This document shows, one piece after another, positions 52,346 to 64,000 of a stretch of DNA of 64,000 bases (the stretch's first letter is position 1; each line of letters begins with the position of its first letter). Source of the DNA: Ministeria vibrans ATCC 50519. Taxonomy: Eukaryota; Protista; Filasterea. A program made the position numbers and the translations under genes. The notes beneath the pieces were generated by a model, which did not search any database, was not told where the DNA came from, and worked only from the letters and a program-made list of their open reading frames with translations. The stretch lies in assembly GCA_943704425.1 (NCBI GenBank), contig CALSCP010000556.1:31517-95516 (forward strand), in the 5' to 3' direction.

Positions 52346-54657
52346 CAGGTGCGATTGAACCGCTGATCGCCTTGTTGCGCAGTGGAACCGACTTTGCTAA
52401 GGTGGAGGCGGCAGGTGCGCTGTTCAGCCTGGCCACCAACCACGACAACAAAGTGACCATTGCACGCGCAGGTGCAATTGAACCGCTGATTGATGTGTTG
52501 CGCAGTGGAACAGACAGCGCCAAGGAGAAGGCGGCAGGTGCGCTGTGTAGCCTGGCCGTCAACGACGACAACAACGCAGTGACCATTGTTCGCGCAGGCG
52601 CAGTTAAACCGTTGAACACTCTGTTGCGCAGTGGAACCGACATTGCCCAAGAGGTGGCGGCGTTTGCGTTGTTTATCCTGGCTACCAACGACGACAACAA
52701 AATGGCCATTGCACATGCAGGTGCAATTGAGCCGCTGATTGATGTGTTGCGCAGTGGAACCGACACCGCCAAGGAGCAGGCGGCGGGTGCGCTGTCCAAC
52801 TTGGCCCGCAACAACGACAACAAAGTGACCATTGCACGCGCAGGTGCAATTGGACCGCTGATTGATGTGCTGCGCAGTGGAACTGACAGCGCCAAAGAAA
52901 CCGCAGCGGGTGCGCTGAGGAACCTGGCCGTCAACGACGACGACAACAAAGTGACCATTGCACATGCAGGTGCGATTGAACCGCTGATTGCTGTGTTGCG
53001 CAGTGGAACCGACAGCGCCAAGGAGAACGCAGCGGGTGCGCTGAAGAACCTGGCCGTCAACGACGACAACCAAGTGACCATTGCACATGCGGGTGCAATG
53101 GAGCCACTGATTGTTGTGTTGCGCAGTGGAACCGACACGGCCAAGGAAAAGGCAGCTGCGGCGCTGTGGAACCTGGCTGCCAACGACGACAACCAACTGA
53201 CCATTGCACGCGCAGGTGCGATTGAACCGCTGATTACTCTGTTGCGCAGTGGAACCGATAGTGCCAAGGAGAACGCGGCAGGTGCGCTGTCCAACCTGGC
53301 CCGCAACGACGGCAACCAAGTGACCATAGCACGCGCAGGTGCAATTGAACCATTGATTGCTGTGTTGCGCAGTGGAACTGACAGCGCCAAGGAGAACGCG
53401 GCGGGTGCGCTGTCCAATCTGGCCGTTAACGACGACAACAAAGTGACCATTGCACGCGCAGGTGCGATTGAGCCGCTGATTGCCTTGTTGCGGAGTGGAA
53501 CCGACACCGCTAAGGAGAAGGCGGCGCGTCCGCTGTGGTGCCTGGCCGCCAACGACGATAACAAAGTGACCATTGCACGCGCAGGTGCAATTGAACCGCT
53601 GATTGTTGTGTTGCGCAGTGGAACCGATAGTGCCAAGGAGCAGGCGGCAGGTGCGCTGTGGAGTCTGGCCATCAACAACGACAACCAAGTGACCATTGCA
53701 CGCGCAGGTGCGATTGAACCGCTGATTGTTGTGTTGCGCAGTGGAACCGACATTGCCAAGAAGAAGGCGGCAGGTGCGCTGAGGAACCTGGCTGTCAACA
53801 AAGACAACAAAGTGGCCATCGCACATGCAGGTGCGATTGAACCGCTGATTGCTGTGTTGCGCAGTGGAATTGACAGCGCCAAGGAAAACGCGGCGGCTGC
53901 GCTGAAGAACCTGGCCATCAACGACGACAACCGAGTGACCATTGCCCGAGCAGGTGCAATGGAACCGCTGATTGCTTTGTTGCGCAGTGGAACCGACAGC
54001 GCCAATGAGAAGGCGGCGTGTCCGCTGTGGAGCCTTGCCGTTAACGACGACGACAACAAAGTGACCATTGTTCGCGCGGGTGCGATTGAACCGCTGATTG
54101 CTCTGTTGCGCAGTGGAACCGACACTGCTAAGGAGCAGGCGGCAGGTGCGCTGTGGAGCCTGGCCCGCAACGGCGACAACCAAGTGACCATTGCACGCGC
54201 AGGTGCAATTGAACCGCTGATTGATGTGTTGCGCAGTGGAACCGATATTGCCAAGAAAAAGTCGACAGGTGCGCTGAGAAACCTGGCCGTCAACAAAGAC
54301 AACAAAGTGGCCATAGCACGCGCGGGTGCAATTGAACCGCTGGTTGATGTGTTGCGCAGTGGAACCGACAGCGCCAAGGAGCAGGCGGCGGGTGCGCTGT
54401 CCAACCTGGCCGTCAACGACGACAACCAAGTGACCATTGCACGCGCAGGTGCGATTGAGGCAGCAGTGGCTCTTCTGAGCAATGAGAGTGCATCCGACCG
54501 CTCCAAAGAGATCATTGTGCGTCTCTTACTCCAGTTGTCCAATGGAAATAGTATCAATAAGTCGGCCATCCAACAGAGTGGTGCACTGGCTCTCCTGACC
54601 AACATGGGTATTGCAGGGTCTACTTTGGCCAAGGATGCATTTATTAGTCTTCTTTGA
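51871..54657 (+). CDS. Armadillo-repeat protein 1: 18 near-identical 41-42-aa repeats plus caps; probable 72-nt intron at 52016-52087
   Basis: Unit AIEPLIxxLRSGTDxAKExAAGALxxLAxNxDNKVTIAxAG; 123/126-bp DNA repeats; T-rich GT..AG stop-free 3n segment present in both copies. Confidence 0.92.
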   Translation: MNGQRSKAHACDEKTKKQEKESLEDSLALASKRAEDGQTETDVVVDMTRTVQKANRWFLFLIFSQKYNLCRLELSIFESVVATLYSDTATVAEREVAVSTLENHAGQDDHKRVAIVHSGAIQPIVALLLVGTDSAKEKAAGALRSLARNNDNQVAIARAGAIEPLIALLRSGTDFAKVEAAGALFSLATNHDNKVTIARAGAIEPLIDVLRSGTDSAKEKAAGALCSLAVNDDNNAVTIVRAGAVKPLNTLLRSGTDIAQEVAAFALFILATNDDNKMAIAHAGAIEPLIDVLRSGTDTAKEQAAGALSNLARNNDNKVTIARAGAIGPLIDVLRSGTDSAKETAAGALRNLAVNDDDNKVTIAHAGAIEPLIAVLRSGTDSAKENAAGALKNLAVNDDNQVTIAHAGAMEPLIVVLRSGTDTAKEKAAAALWNLAANDDNQLTIARAGAIEPLITLLRSGTDSAKENAAGALSNLARNDGNQVTIARAGAIEPLIAVLRSGTDSAKENAAGALSNLAVNDDNKVTIARAGAIEPLIALLRSGTDTAKEKAARPLWCLAANDDNKVTIARAGAIEPLIVVLRSGTDSAKEQAAGALWSLAINNDNQVTIARAGAIEPLIVVLRSGTDIAKKKAAGALRNLAVNKDNKVAIAHAGAIEPLIAVLRSGIDSAKENAAAALKNLAINDDNRVTIARAGAMEPLIALLRSGTDSANEKAACPLWSLAVNDDDNKVTIVRAGAIEPLIALLRSGTDTAKEQAAGALWSLARNGDNQVTIARAGAIEPLIDVLRSGTDIAKKKSTGALRNLAVNKDNKVAIARAGAIEPLVDVLRSGTDSAKEQAAGALSNLAVNDDNQVTIARAGAIEAAVALLSNESASDRSKEIIVRLLLQLSNGNSINKSAIQQSGALALLTNMGIAGSTLAKDAFISLL

Positions 54658-54795
54658 TTCCGAAACGCTCTCAGAGAAAAACTTCGTTTTATAATAGTTG
54701 ATAATAATAATAGTATTAATAATAATAAAAATTATTATAATAAAATTATTATTAAAAATAGATGAAAGGAAACGACATTTATTACAGAGTAAAAC

Positions 54796-57700
54796 TTAGC
54801 AGATAGAAAAAGTGCGCTGAATCCACTCGAAACTTCTCGAGAGTAAACGAGACAAGTACAAGACTTTGGCCAGACGCCACACATCCAACTCCAATCGCTC
54901 AAACTGCTCGAGTCGCAATGGAGACAGTTCCACCGAGTACGACTGATCCCGTTTCCGCACTGCTCTCTGCATTATCCCTAACCATTCCAGCGCACACAGA
55001 ACCTTTGATGATCCGATGAATCGCTCATAGGTTCCCTGATACACAACAACAAAACAAAAATTATGATGAGAATGACTGCTACTACCTATCAATGATTTCG
55101 GATCAGATTCACCCTACAAAGACACACGCACATACACCACACATACACACACTTTCTCTCTTAAACCTCTCTCACAACATGAGTCAAACTTGGACTTATA
55201 ATAATATACCTCCAAAACATCGCACAAAACCACCTCGCAGACGGCCCTCCCTTCCCTCCGTGCCTCCGCATTCCCTTGCTCCACCTGCTCCACTATTCCT
55301 CCATACATTTCGCCGGCCAATCCCATTCCGCGACACATCTCATCAACAAACGCAGTCACAACCTCGTACACAACCTCGCCCTTTCTCCTTCTTCCAACCC
55401 TTTCCACTTCAGCCACACTTTCGTCATCATGGCTACTCTCTCCCTCTCCGTTCCGCCGATATTCCCCCACCGCATACCCCACAATCTTCCGCTTTGCTCC
55501 CCTCTCCTCCGCTACAGACACACTCGCAACCACTCCAGCCACATTCCGTGCTCTCCACCAGCGCATCTCCCTATCTTCTTCTTCTTCTTCCCCTTCCCCT
55601 TCTTCTTCTTCTTCTTCTTCTTCTTCCTTCACTTCCTCTAGCCCCTTCCACTTCCCACTCACACACTCCTTTTCCTTTGCTTCAATGGCATTCCCCCAAG
55701 GCAGAAACCCTAAAAACTGCGAAAGTGTCTCAGCGCCCCTAAAAATAAAACACACAACATAGACAATAATAATAATATTAAATTAATAATCATTATATTT
55801 TATCATTATTGTACCTTCCTCCTCGGTAGCGCCACACTCGATCCTCATTGCGGAAGATCCATCGCATTGTCTCTACTCGCTCAGTCGCACTCATCGCCTC
55901 AAACCGTCGCAATGCAATCCTCTCCCGCACTCCCTTAAAACTGTGCGTGTGAAACATAACACGATTAATATCAAACCAGTACCTTTCTCAACTGTTTCCA
56001 CTTGAGCGCACACCACTCAATCATTCGTGACCGTTCCATCATCTTTATCATCTCCCACACCACCCCAATGCTCGCAGAGGAACATTTTACCTCCTTCGTC
56101 GTTAACCTGCTCAGGTACACTCGACTGTCATCAAACTCCCGCACCACTCGTTCAATCGTCTGCTCTGCCACAGTCGCAATACGCTCCACAATCGCTTCCT
56201 TTGTCTCTACTGCAATACTACTTCCTTCCCCTCTCTCCTCCTCCTCCTCCTCCTCCTCCTCCACTTCTTTCTCCTCCCCCTCTTCTGCCCGCCTCTTCTT
56301 CGTCTTCTTCTTCTTCTTTCCCTTCCGCTTCTTCGCCTGCTGCTGCCCCACAAACCGTTCATAATCAAACGAACGAGCAACCACCGATGCCACACTTCCA
56401 CTTCCTACTCCCTGCTCCACTGTCATCGCCACTCCTTTCACCACAAGTGAGCCCAAAAACATCCATTGGCCCGAGTCCATTTCACGCAAGCGCACCAGAA
56501 TTTCTTCGCTCAAAATGCCCGCCAAGTCCTTCTTCGTCGTCTTCCTCTTCTTCGCACTCTCTTCCCCTCCTCCTCCCCAACGCTCCCCCTCCTCGTCGTC
56601 TCCTTCCTCCTTCCCCACCAAACGACCGACACTCTCACGCGCCACGACACAGTCATACCCGCAACGCACACGTTCCATCTTCATGTTGTCCCAGTAGCTC
56701 GCGCACTCGTCCAGAAAGTCCACACGCATCTCAAGCGCAAGGCCTTCCAGTGACAATCCTACTGACGCCGTGGCCCCCTCAAACACCTCAGGAGTCGGCA
56801 GATTGTGTGGTAGAATCAGGGCGGGTGCGCCTGTCGCGCGCAGCAGTGGGCCCACCAAATGGCTCCACACTTCACTCGTGTCCAGCGCATGTCCGTTCGT
56901 GTACGCCTTGCACACATACACTCCAGCACTTGTCAGAATGAATTCGGCATTCTCAATCTCAACGCCACGCACATCGCGAATGCTAATCACACCCGCATCT
57001 CGTCGCAACGCCAGCTCAAGAGGCTTCTCTGCATGACAGCCGTCAGGCGCATAACACCCCACAATATTTGCACCACAGCATTTCATGACAGACGGAACAT
57101 CGTCGCACAGATAGGCGCACAGCTCATGCTCGAGCTCGTCGCTTGCCGTCGTCGACACAGACACAGACAACTCAGCGTCCGCACTCGCCGTCTCCATGCG
57201 CTCCTCATCCGCCAACAGTGCCATTTTCGTCTCGGCAACCTGAGCAGCAATCGTAGCGCGTGCCCCATGCTGGGCATCGCGCACCGCACGATCAATCGCG
57301 CGCGTCACAATCGCCCTTCGTCCACGCAGCTCTTCAAGACTCAGCGGCACATCATCATCACTCGTGCCAAATATCACATCACGCTCGACTACAACGCCAT
57401 CCACGTCGACCTCGCGAATTTGAAGATCGCGCAGCAACGGAATGTACAGCGAGTAGAGCACGACAAGCGAGCGGCGCAACGCATTCTCCACACTACGTCG
57501 CCCTGTCGTGCGTACGCGCACCAACTCACGACCAAACTCGCAGTGTGCTGTCGCTGGTGCAGCACACACTCTCTCGTAGCCCCACTCGAGCAGTCGTTCT
57601 TCAATCGCCTGGTTCTCCGTCAAACGTGACACTTCGTGTGCCAAACGAGCATAAAATGTGGCCGGCGAGTCACATGTGTCGCTGAGCAGCGATGCGCGCA

Positions 57701-60272
57701 ACAATTCGGTGGCAAGACGACGCAATGCTGCGTAACGTGGCAGCTGCGTGTGTTCAAGGCGTCGAGCAATCACCAGAAGTACTTGAAAGGTCGCGGGAGC
57801 AGCGTCAAGCCAAGCGGGCAAGCAAGGGGGAAAGGTGAACGGATTGGTATGGTCCGCACGACACGAGGGAGTGGTTGTGAGTGGTGTCATGGGCAAAGGC
57901 GTGACGGGGACACTCGACGAAGACGTTTGCTGCTCGTGGCGTCCTTGAGCAAAGAGTAGACAGAGCAGCGTGAGACGCTCCATCTGCGCAGTGAGCAGAC
58001 GCACACTGTCGGCAGTCAGCGACCGCATCTCCACCTGACGCACAAGATCGGTAAGAATATCCCGAGCACTCACGCCACCCATTGAGTCCGCCGCATGTCG
58101 TCCATAGCGTTGCACTAGCATCATGTCCATCGCAATCACAGCACATATAGGTGCCAAAAATACCCCCAGCACAAACGCATCGTCTTCCTCCTCTAATACT
58201 TCTTCATCCCTATCTTCGCCTTTCCCATTGCCAAAAAGCGCCTCGCGCAACGGCGCATAGCGAGCATGCGAGAGCACTGGACGACAAATGGAGCGCAGGG
58301 CGCGCACGTCCTGGTGACGTGCACTCTGAATGAGAGCACGCAAAATGCGTCCCACACCCGCGGGCGCTCGTGTTAGGTCTACTTGGACTGATGCCTCCGC
58401 CGGCTCCACCAGCAGCAGTTTTGTGAGTTGCTCGCCTGTCGCATGAAGCATCAGCAGCGCCGCCGAGTGACCGCCGGCTTTGAGAAAGCGACGCGCCAGA
58501 CGCTCCGTGAGATCGTGCAGGTCAGTTACGGCGTGACGAGGACGCAGAGCAAGCGAGACAACGTCAATGCCAGGCGTGATGAGCACCGATACGTCCTTGT
58601 TAGCCGCAATGGCCGACTCGAGAGAGTCAACAACAGCCGAAATGGCACTCAGGTGTTGGGTAGTGGCAACACCAGCAGAGTCAAGCGCGGCAACGAGACG
58701 TGGTACAGTGACAGTGAAGATGTGAAAGGAACGCATTGCACCAGCGGCAACGCCGCGGTCAACCACGGCACAGAGTCGCGCAAGAAGCATTACGGCCGCA
58801 TCGGCATCGACTGTAGCATCCGTAGCAATCCATTTGCGCACAAGAGCAATCGTGTTGGGCAGCTCGACGGCCATGGTAAACCCGACAGTGCGCCCGTGGG
58901 AGGCCAGAGTGCGCGCCAGCGAGAGAAGCGACGTGAGAAACAACGTGCGCGTGGACAGTACAGTCGTGAGTGCCTTGACTTGGTGCCAGACAAGCGAAAT
59001 GCGATGCAGGACATCAGATAGAAGTGATGGGCGTGCACGCAGACGCAATGCGCCTTCGGTGTATTCCAGAAGCGACTGGCATACACACGCGTGCCCGACC
59101 TGCCCGAAAAAGGGAGAAAACACTGTTGGAATGATAGACGTGGCGACCGTGTGAGGCTCGAGATCGGCATACTCAAGTGCAACGCGTGCCATTCGCATGA
59201 GAAATGGAAAAAGAGTCGAGTCATCGCGTGCCAGATAGCCTTCGCTACTGTAGTTCAGCAACGACGGCACAAGTCGTGCAAGTGTGTCACGCACTGTTGC
59301 CAGCGATATCGTGTCGGAGGCAGCCAGTGAAACGGCAAGGCCTAGTGTGGCGTGTGCGTACAACGACGACGACGACGACGACGACGAAGCGGCGGTGGTG
59401 GTGGGAAAGAGACGTGTGAGAGCAGTGAGTGTGTCGAGCAGGGAAGAAGCGAGTGCGAGTTCAACGTCGACCACCACCGAACATGGGGTGCTCTGCTGCT
59501 CTTTGTCAGTCGCGTTGTCGATGCTGGCGGCAGTCTCTACAAGCTCGTCGTCGTCTAAGGCAGCAGCAATGCGGTTGGCAAGCACAAGCAGCAGCTGTAG
59601 GGTGAGCGAGGCGCTGAGGGAGAAGAGTGTGGCAGATGCTGACAGGTGCATCAGCTGCTGCAAGGTCGAGACGGAGGCCGAGGCGGCAAGTGCCAGGCTG
59701 AGTACACTGCGAGTGCCTTCGTCAAGAAGGGTGTGGGGCTGGTGGAGGCCACTGGTGGCAACCCAGTCGGGTAGCGAGTCGTGGCGGAGACGTTGAAGGA
59801 CTTGCAAGTGCGCCAAGGCAACGCGATCGTCCAGATCAGCCAGGAGACGCCCAAGGGACGCGTTGGCCAGCGCGTCGGCGAGAACACTCGCCAATTGAGT
59901 GCTGTGACGACAGGCGTCCACAAGAAGACCAAGACTGACGGTGGCACGGCGAGCAATGGAAATGTTGGTCGACGAGCAACGCGCGAGTTTTGTGAGGACT
60001 GCGACGAGATCTGAAGCAACGAGGGGGTAACGAGCAAGCGAGATGGTAGGAAAGCCTACAGTGATGGTTCCAAAGGCACGCACGGCCACAGCGTCGTCGC
60101 GTGTGGCCGCTGAGGCGCGGGACTCGACACTTGCCGCAACAGCGTCTGCGCCCAGCAACACAATCTCGGGAGGCCACAGCCGATGCCAGTCGGGCTCTGC
60201 GTCCACATGCGTATTAGAAGCTTCCGTAATGAACCATTTTAGGTCGCTGAGGTGCAGCAGAACGTCAGGCAT
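54796..60272 (-). CDS. Large uncharacterised protein: helical solenoid-like N-terminus + C-terminal GNAT-like domain, ~4 exons
   Basis: 1433-codon Leu/Ala-rich ORF splices (AAG|GT..TTTTAAG|GGA; AG|GT..TAG|G) to IVGYAVGE..YEVVTAFVDEMCRGMGLAGEMY (acetyl-CoA motif A), then a final exon GTYERF..TFSIC*. Confidence 0.7.
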
Positions 60273-60451
60273 AACGAGAAAAGAATGACAGTTCTGTGAT
60301 CTGTCTGACGTCTGTCTTTCAACACTAAGTTCACTTCTTTACTCTTTACGTTATTCAATCATTAATCATTTTGATTTTTCAAAGTCTCAAATCAGCATTG
60401 ATTAGATTCGATTGAGTGTAGAATCAGTGTGGACTCACCGGACTGTGGAGA

Positions 60452-61153
60452 ATGAAGGTTGAAGTGGACGGCAGCGACGTTGAAGTTGTTGTGGACGAAG
60501 TGCCCGACGGCACTCGCTGTGCTGGAGTGGGACTGATTCTCACTCATGGAGCGTCGGGTGACTGCAAGACGGCTCAGTTGACGCAGATTGCGCAGGCATT
60601 CTCACAGGCTGGAATTCCCACAGTTCGATTTTCGTCAAGAAAATCCGTTGACGGTCGAGCAAACGTAATGAACGCCGTCCTGGCCAAGGCCCGGGCCACC
60701 ATGGGCAGCAATGTGTCACACTGGGTGCTGGCAGGCCGGTCGATGGGCGCACGAGTGGCTGCGACAGCGGCGGTTGGAGCGGATAAAAACATTGTCGTCG
60801 GCACTCTGCTCATTTCCTACCCGTTCCACCCCCCTGGGAAGGCGGGCGACGTCGCGAAGCACCGCAGTGGACCCATCCTGAAAGTACCCATCCCTTCGTT
60901 GATTGTCACGGGCAGCAAGGACCCCTTCTCGACGGGCTCGCTCATGGCAGAGTGTGCAGCGCACAACACGCTCGTTCAACTGCTCACCATTGCAGGAGCA
61001 GACCACGGCCTTGGCAACAAGGCGGGAAAGGAAGGCCTCGCGGGGGCCATTGAGCAAATGATTGCCTTCTCGCTTCACGTGGGAGGTGGTGGCAAATCAA
61101 GCGGAGAAGAACACGAGGAAGAGCCGAACAAGAGGAGACGCACTAAAAAGTGA
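60452..61153 (+). CDS. TEX30/KANSL3-type alpha/beta hydrolase, intronless, C-terminal NLS-like motif
   Basis: LILTHGASG, LAGRSMGARVA (Ser), ISYPFHPPGK, GSKDPF (Asp), GADHGL (His), PNKRRRTKK. Confidence 0.88.
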   Translation: MKVEVDGSDVEVVVDEVPDGTRCAGVGLILTHGASGDCKTAQLTQIAQAFSQAGIPTVRFSSRKSVDGRANVMNAVLAKARATMGSNVSHWVLAGRSMGARVAATAAVGADKNIVVGTLLISYPFHPPGKAGDVAKHRSGPILKVPIPSLIVTGSKDPFSTGSLMAECAAHNTLVQLLTIAGADHGLGNKAGKEGLAGAIEQMIAFSLHVGGGGKSSGEEHEEEPNKRRRTKK

Positions 61154-61427
61154 CCAAGACACGCACTATATTTTATGAAAATCGCTAATAGTAACATTTA
61201 TGATTAGTTATTTTAGTATATGTTGTTGTGTCAACTGAACAATACTACTGAAATACTGAATACTGTTAAAGTTTGAGGTTTGATTGGAGTTCCTTCTTTC
61301 CGAGTGTGTGATCTGTAAAAGGAAAAGAAAAAAAATCAGATTCAGAAATCACAACTCAAAACTCAAATCACTTTATTTCATTCATCAACCACTGAAAACA
61401 CATCAACGCCTTACGTACAGCACACTG

Positions 61428-64000
61428 ATGGACGAGCAGAACTCTAAGGCGCGCGCGTGTGACGAGAAAACGAAAAAGTCGGAAGATTCGCCTGCACTCG
61501 CATCAAAGGGGGGCAAGGACAGGCAAACCGAGACCGATTTGGTCGTCGGCATGACACGTACCGTTCAAAAAGCGAATCGTTGGTTTCTATTTCTTATCTT
61601 TTCACAAAAATATAATCTTTGTCGTTTAGAATTATCAATATTCGAATCGTTTGTTGCGACGTTGTACAGCGGGACAGCGACAGTCGCGGAAAAGGAGGTG
61701 GCTGTGAGTGCATTGGAGAACCACGCCAGGCAGGATGATCACAAGAGAGTGGCGATTGTACACTCTGGCGCAATTCAGCCGATTGTTGCGCTTCTTCTCG
61801 TTGGAACGGACAGCGCCAAAGAGAAGGCGGCGGGTGCGCTGAGAAGCCTGGCCCGTAATAACGACAACNNNNNNNNNNNNNNNNNNNNNNNNNNNNNNNN
61901 NNNNNNNNNNNNNNNNNNNNNNNNNNNNNNNNNNNNNNNNNNNNNNNNNNNNNNNNNNNNNNNNNNGTACACTCTGGCGCAATTCAGCCGATTGTTGCGC
62001 TTCTTCTCGTTGGAACGGACAGCGCCAAAGAGAAGGCGGCGGGTGCGCTGAGAAGCCTGGCCCGTAATAACGACAACCAAGTGGCCATTGCACGCGCAGG
62101 TGCGATTGAACCGCTGATTGATGTGCTGCGCAGTGGAACTGACAGCGCCAAGGAGAACNNNNNNNCCAAGGAGAACGCAGCGGGTGCGCTGTGGAACCTG
62201 GCCGTCAACAACGACAACAAAGTGACCATTGCATGCGCAGGTGCAATTGGACCGCTGATTGCTGTGTTGCGCAGTGGAACAGACAGCGCCAAGGAGAACG
62301 CAGCGGGTGCGCTGTGGAACCTGGCCCGTAATAACGACAACAAAGTGACCATTGCACGCGCAGGTGCAGCTGGACCGCTGATTGATGTGTTGCGCAGTGG
62401 AACTGACCGCGCCAAGGTGAACGCAGCGGGTGCGCTGTGGAACCTGGCCATCAACAACGACAACAAAGTGACCATTGCACATGCAGGTGCGATTGAACCG
62501 CTGATTGCTCTGTTGCACAGTGGAACCGACAGCGCCAAGGAGTACGCAGCGGGTGCGCTGTGGAACCTGGCCGTTAACAACGACAACAAAGTGACCATTG
62601 CACATGCAGGTGCAATTGAACCGCTGATTGCTGCGTTGCGCAGTGGAACCGACAGCGCCAAGGAGTACGCGGCGGGTGCGCTGCGGAACCTGGCCGTCAA
62701 CAAGGACAACAAAGTGACCATTGCACATGCAGGTGCGATTGAGCCGCTGATTGATNNNNNNACGACAACAAAGTGACCATTGCACATGCAGGTGCGATTG
62801 AGCCGCTGATTGCTGTTTTGCGCAGTGGAACCAACAGCGCCAAGGAGAAGGCGGCGGGTGCGCTGAGGAACCTGGCCACCAGCCACGACAACAAGGTGAC
62901 CATTGCATGCGCAGGTGCAACTGGACCTCTGATTGATGTGTTGCGCAGTGGAACCGACAGCGCCAAGGAGAACGCGGCGGGTGTGCTGTGGAACCTGGCC
63001 CGTAATGACGACAACAAAGTGACCATTGCACATGCAGGTGCAGCTGGACCGCTGATTGCTCTGTTGCGCAGTGGAACCGACACGGCCAAGGAGTACGCAG
63101 CGGGTGCACTGTGGAACCTGGCCGTCAACAACGACAACAAAGTGACCATTGCATGCGCAGGTGCAATTGGACCGCTGATTGATGTGTTGCGCAGTGGAAC
63201 TGACAGCGCCAAGGAGAACGCCGCGGGTGCACTGTGGAACCTGGCCATCAACAACGACAACAAAGTGACCATTGCATGCGCAGGTGCGATTGAGCCGCTG
63301 ATTGCTGTGTTGCGCAGTGGAACCGACAGCCCCAAGGAGAACGCGGCGGGTGCGCTGCGGAGCCTGGCCTTCAACGACGACAACAAAGTGATCATTGCAC
63401 ATGCAGGTGCAATTAAGCCGCTGATTGATGTGTTGCGCAGTGGAACCGACAGCGCCAAGGAGAAGGCGGCGGGTGCGCTGAGAAGCCTGGCCCGTAATAA
63501 CGACAACAAAGGGACCATTGCACGCGCAGGTGCAACTGGACCGCTGATTGATGTGTTGCGCAGTGGAACAGACAGCGCCAAGGAGAACGCCGCGGGTGCG
63601 CTGTGGAACCTGGCCATCAACAACGACAACAAAGTGACCATTGCACATGCAGGTGCAATTGGACCGCTGATTGCTGTGTTGCGCAGTGGAACCGACAGCG
63701 CCAAGGAGTACGCGGCGGGTGCGCTGCGGAGCCTGGCCGTCAACAACGACAACAAGGTGACCATTGCACGCGCAAGTGCAATTGAACCGCTGATTGATGT
63801 GTTGCGCAGTGGAACTGACAACACCAAGGAGTACGCAGCGGGTGCGCTGTGGAATCTGGCCGTCAAGAACGACAACAAAGTGACCATTGCATGCGCAGGT
63901 GCAATTGGACCGCTGATTGCTGTGTTGCGCAGTGGAACTGACAACACCAAGGAGAACGCGGCGGGTGCGCTGTGGAGCCTGGCCGTCAATGACGACATCA
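61428..64000 (+). CDS. Armadillo-repeat protein 2 (paralogue of 51871), incomplete: three N-gaps, runs off the window end
   Basis: Same N-terminus (MDEQNSKARACDEKTKK..) and the same 123-bp unit; frame changes occur only at gaps. Confidence 0.88.

Noticed and set aside
61869-62070. Apparent exact duplication of the first ARM unit in copy 2
   Set aside because: The copies flank an N-gap and are identical; most likely contig overlap.
52093-63998. 778-, 799-, 554-, 444- and 433-aa antisense ORFs over the ARM arrays
   Set aside because: Same repeat-shadow effect; the sense frame is a clear ARM fold.

Overview
Compact, gene-dense, intron-rich genome of a microbial eukaryote. It has GT-AG introns often filled with (CA)n/(TTA)n microsatellites, short AT-rich intergenic spacers and 8 N-gaps. 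BBS9 implies a flagellated or ciliated organism; TFG, a Max-like bHLH and a GREB1-like gene suggest an animal-relative lineage (inference only). About 23 protein genes were assembled by eye. Housekeeping genes: CAMKK, CDC7, TFG, XPO4, U2A', RRP15, ASPDH, ABCF, BBS9, lipase, GST, USP, YbjQ-like, TEX30-like, plus a divergent 5S rRNA. Unusual genes: (1) an intronless caspase-like protease + NB-ARC + TPR NLR-type receptor with about 21 near-identical 126-bp repeats varying at ligand-face residues; (2) two recently duplicated armadillo genes built from 123-bp near-identical repeats varying on the binding groove; (3) a GREB1-like protein with an apparently intact circularly permuted SF2 helicase fused to a base-J-type (TAGT) glycosyltransferase, a candidate DNA-modification enzyme; (4) a Max-like bHLH-ZIP + PHD fusion; (5) a NOP58 fragment antisense inside the XPO4 intron, probably misassembly. 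Family calls come from recalled motifs, not searches; exon boundaries are manual.
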